This document shows, piece by piece, positions 59,714 through 64,000 of a stretch of 64,000 bases of DNA; the first letter of the stretch is position 1; every line of letters starts with the position of its first letter. The notes beneath the pieces are model-generated. The model saw nothing but the letters and a program-made list of their open reading frames with translations, was not told the origin of the DNA and ran no database searches. This stretch comes from Piromyces finnis finn (taxonomy: Eukaryota > Fungi > Neocallimastigomycota): contig MCFH01000040.1 in the NCBI GenBank assembly GCA_002104945.1, forward strand, positions 248,001 through 312,000, in the 5' to 3' direction. The translations under genes were made by a program, and so were the position numbers.

Positions 59714-60796
59714 TTATAATAATAAACCATCTTCAAATCTTTTCCACATTTTAAGAAGAGACTATTGTATGATAATAATAATAAGAATAAAAAAAATAGC
59801 AAAAAAAAAAATTAATATTTTTTCTAAAGATATAAATTTGTATATTTTTCATATTTTTAAAAATTTTATACCATAAATCCGGAGATAGATCCAGAAATTG
59901 CTTGAACACCAGCACTCTTATACTATAATTTAAAATTTGGTGATTTATTTAGATTTAATCATAAATATTTTAATAAATTAGTATTATTTATTATAATTAT
60001 TTGAAGAAATAAAGAGTTAAATTATTTAATAATTGAAAAAAATATTTACAGCTTGTGGCCAGCAATCACCAATACAGAAGATAAGATCAAATGTTAACTT
60101 GATAAAGTCATAATAATGACGATTCTTTTCACTAAGGTATTTAATAACATCTTCTTTAGTAGTAGATTCTTCTATGGCTTTGTTGGTAGCTACCATTCTT
60201 TGATAAAGTGAACCGTAGTCAAGCCAAATACCAGTCATCCAAAGTCTTGCTGAATATGGTGAATACTTTTTAGCTAAATCTTTATCTATAACACCAATTT
60301 TTGAAAGACAAATAATATCATCAACAATATCATTAGCGAAACATACGAAACCATCAATAATATCAATGGTAGCCATAATTCTTTGTTGACGATCATATTG
60401 ACTACCGAAAGCTAATGGAATATTGTATATTTTATTTATTGGATCAGTAACATGGAAAAGTCTTAAAAGCTTTCTTGTAATTGAAAATTGAGCAATCATA
60501 GCATTGACATTTTCAGTATATTTGAAACCTTTTTCTCTATTATTAGCATCTGAGGCCCATAACATAGCCTTTGAAAAGTATTGAAAAACTTTAAGAACCT
60601 TATCTCTACCATCAGAAATCAACATTACTTGACGTAAAGTTAAAATTCTTCTAGAGATGTGTCTAAGTAAAGGAGAACGAAGAATAACATATTCTACTAA
60701 AGTAACTGGTGGTCTAATAATTAAATTTTTTGAATCATTTGGAATTTTCTTTTCAACAACATCTGTAGTACTTTGGGCAACGACTTCAGTATTCAT
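59714..60796 (-). CDS. PEX11-family peroxisomal membrane fission protein, 3 exons (60796-60050, 59922-59872, 59761-59714)
   Basis: DGRDKVLKVFQY and SITRKLLRL motifs typical of Pex11. GT..AG phase-0 introns give a C-terminus ..WPQA|YKSAGVQAISGSISGFM|SLLKMWKRFEDGLLL*. Confidence 0.8.
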
Positions 60797-63179
60797 TTTC
60801 TATTTGTGTATTAATAATATTAATCTTTTATATATTATTATTTATATTATTAATAAAAATAAAAAAAGATTAATAATTCATACTTTTTTAATTAATTACT
60901 AAATCTACTTTAACGTTTTAAATTTGTTCTTTAAACAATATATTTTGTTTTTTTTTCGGTTTATTTATAAAAAATATTTTGAAAAAAATAAATAATTTCG
61001 TGTATTTTTATTTGTTGATTTTATTTTTTCTATTATACAAAAATTTCCAAAACTTTTATATTATTCATTTCCATTTTAAATTTTTAAAATTTGTATTAAA
61101 AAATATTAATATATATTAATTTTCAATTATCAATAAATATTTTATATTTATTAATAATACTGTTTAAATAATTATAATATAAAATAGAGCTGTTTCTTTT
61201 TTTATATATCGTATCAAGGTAATATATTTTCAAATGTTATATAATTGTTGATTTTGGAAAAATAAATTATTATTTATTTATTGAGTGAATTTCATTTACA
61301 TTTAAATCATATATATTGTGATATTTTATATTTGTTATATCTTTATTCATTTCCCTTCAGTTTCAGTGGTATATATCCTATTAATTATTATGAATGAGAT
61401 TTAAAATGACTTACTCTTAAATACGTTTACCAAAATTTAAAATAACAATCTTTCAGTTATTACAGATGACGTATTAGTTATATGTTGAAATTTTTAAAAA
61501 TAAAAAAAAGTAAAAAAAAGGAAACTTTTTTATTTTATAATTATAATATAATTTTTTTTAATATATATATTTTTTTAAAAAAAATGTTTAATTGATGAAT
61601 ATATTAATTTAAATGAATCATTATAATTATAATAAATGAATAACTATTATTTATTATTCTAAAATATAATTATAATATATTATTAATATTTAATTTTAAT
61701 ATATATATATAAATATTAGAAAAAATTATTGTCAAATCAAATTTTATATAAAACTATATATAAGAATTTATAATATGAATAATTTATAATTAATTATCAT
61801 TTAATTATTCTAATTATAAAAGAAAGTAAATATTATAAAAAAAAAAAAAAAAGTGATGTTTCAAATATTAAATGAATACATTATATAAAAATTTATTATA
61901 TCTTTGCACTTTACCTGATATCACTATTTTTGATTTTTGATTTTTACTTTTTATGATAGTTGATAATTTAGTTTTTAGTACTTTTAATAATAAAAATTTA
62001 TAAAAAAAAAAAAAGTATTCATCTACATAATGTAGTGCATTAACCAATCATATTGTAATATTATGTAATATTAATTTGAATTTTAAAATAAAGTTTAATA
62101 TTAATTATAAACTCTATTTCTTTACAATACATTATTTATTATAGTAATTTTAGATTACATTATTTTTTGATCAATACTAATTCTATTGATCTAATATATT
62201 GAATCTTGATATATTATCAATACACTATTAATATAATAATTTTATATTGAATATTACAATTTAAATAGAAATATGCAGATAGTAAAAAAAAAAAAAAAAA
62301 GTTGATGTAACATCACCTTAATCTATAAAAATTTAAAAAAAACAATATATTTTAAATTTTAAATTTTTTATATATTGAATAAAGAGGTTTATTGGTTTAA
62401 AATGGCATTTTCATCGCTTTATCTATTGTTGTTGAATGGATGGCCAGATCAGTATCACACCTTTTAAAAGAAAAGGTTCCTTTTTTTTTTTTTAATATTA
62501 AAAATATCATATTTTATATTTTTTATTAGGGGTAGAAAGTGTAATAGGAATCATGACTACCCAAAAACTTTCTCTTTGAAAATGTTATAATTTCAATTAT
62601 AAAAAGAAGAGTATCAATTTTCTTTTTTTAAAAAAAAAAAAAAAAGATATGAAAAATAAAAAATATGTATAGGAGGAATGACTGTATGAATTTCAATTAT
62701 AATTTTTTATTATTAAAATGTAAAAAAGAAATATATATGGGTGTTTAATATAAAGGAATTTGAAATTATATATATAAATTAATATTATTAATTTTTTTTT
62801 TGATTGTATGGTTATAATTATTGGGAAAATATCTATGTTTAGTTTATCAAAGAATAACAAATATTGGGTATTATTATATTTTAGAAGTTTGAATAACTAG
62901 AAACAAACAAGAATAACTAGTATTAGATATTTAAACAATGCCTTTACTGCAGTCATTTTAAATAAAATAAAAGAACAAAAAAAAAGCACAATTCAAAATT
63001 TTTTTTAAAAAAAAAAACTTTCTTTTTATTAATAAATAAAATTAAGATGTTTTACTTTTTAATATAAAAAAATTTTTTTATTAATAATATTTTTTAAAAT
63101 TATTTATTATAAATATATTATTATAATATTGAAAATGAAATATTTATTTTTTTTTTTTTAGTATAATTAAATTTTAGTT

Positions 63180-64000
63180 TTATATCTTTGGTGGATCAAC
63201 TTCTTTAATTTCACTCATTGTATCGTTGAAGAGAATAAGAATGGAGAATTTTTCAATATTTAATATGTCACTATTGGAACTAATTGTGACATAGTCAAAT
63301 CTTCCTAATAAATCAGTGTAACCATCTTTCCAGAAAGTGATTTTTCCACTTTTATCTTTAGAGTATACCTTAACGTAGACGCCTGGTGCAATAATATATT
63401 CCTTTTCTTTATTATTACTAGAGGAATTTGGCTTGAAGACACGAACAATACCAAGATTTTCATTTATTTGAATGGAAAGTTTTGATGGTTGGTAGATACA
63501 TTTATTCTTAATAAAGTAATCATTTCCTCCTTGAATTTCTACTATGGCTTGCTGTTGAATATAGTTTTTATTTAAAGGAACTTGAATTGATTGTTTATCT
63601 TCAGGTAATTCAATAACATCAATGTCTTTTGGAGAACTGTAAGTAATATTTGATTTCTTTCCCTTACTTTGATTACTTTTGTTTTCTGAGATAATAAATG
63701 GTTGAGCAGAAAATTGCATTTCAATATCAATTGGGTAGTAACAAATCTTACAATGACTCAAGTTTTTGTAGTTAATATGAATTGTTTCGTTAATAATAAT
63801 CATACTAAGTGATGGTGTGTTATTAATGATATTATTAACTTTAGTAGTTTTGTTTTCTGCATCATCAATACTCATGGAACTATTATTATCCAAGTAATTG
63901 ATAGATTGAATAATTTCAGAAAACATATTATTCCAATTCTTTATTGGGTAATTATCATATTTCATAGATCTTTCACGGGCAATCTTTAATTTTTTATTAT
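63180..64000 (-). CDS. 3' end of a large conserved protein (frame open to the window edge)
   Basis: IEMQFSAQPF and GVYVKVY..FWKDGYTDLLGRFDY..IEKFSILIL..IKEVDPP resemble a conserved C-terminal domain I recall from large uncharacterised bacterial and protist proteins. Confidence 0.7.
   Translation of the reverse strand, partial: NKKLKIARERSMKYDNYPIKNWNNMFSEIIQSINYLDNNSSMSIDDAENKTTKVNNIINNTPSLSMIIINETIHINYKNLSHCKICYYPIDIEMQFSAQPFIISENKSNQSKGKKSNITYSSPKDIDVIELPEDKQSIQVPLNKNYIQQQAIVEIQGGNDYFIKNKCIYQPSKLSIQINENLGIVRVFKPNSSSNNKEKEYIIAPGVYVKVYSKDKSGKITFWKDGYTDLLGRFDYVTISSNSDILNIEKFSILILFNDTMSEIKEVDPPKI

Noticed and set aside
62400-62580. Exon-like GC-richer patches with a possible small intron
   Set aside because: Short frames bounded by stops and no recognisable homology.

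Overview
Extremely AT-rich eukaryotic DNA. Composition, long homopolymers, short AT-rich introns and the element families point to an anaerobic gut fungus (Neocallimastigomycota); this is an inference. Positions 1-51.4 kb are a nested pile of LTR retrotransposons. Ty3/gypsy chromovirus E1 sits inside E2, which sits inside the 5' LTR of E3. A decayed relative E3b is interrupted by intact E4. Two ~98%-similar intact copies (B1, B2) are present, B2 inside a Ty1/copia element. There is also a second copia relic, a solo LTR and an unusual Ty3-type PR-RT-RNaseH ORF with no integrase. Positions 51.8-64 kb hold host sequence: a secreted Pro/Glu/Thr-rich protein, a tRNA-headed SINE, a tRNAi-Met 5' half, an ABCB transporter pseudogene, a three-exon PEX11-family gene and the 3' end of a conserved gene. 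The most notable observations are: (i) a covarying ~50-nt stem-loop motif in five elements or positions, amplified into a six-copy array in E3b; (ii) Tf1-like self-priming PBS/R complementarity in all gypsy families, plus an integrated fragment matching the predicted strong-stop DNA; (iii) tRNA-spaced A/B boxes at the start of two LTR families; (iv) conserved CUG/UUG-initiated Gag extensions; (v) the integrase-less pol.
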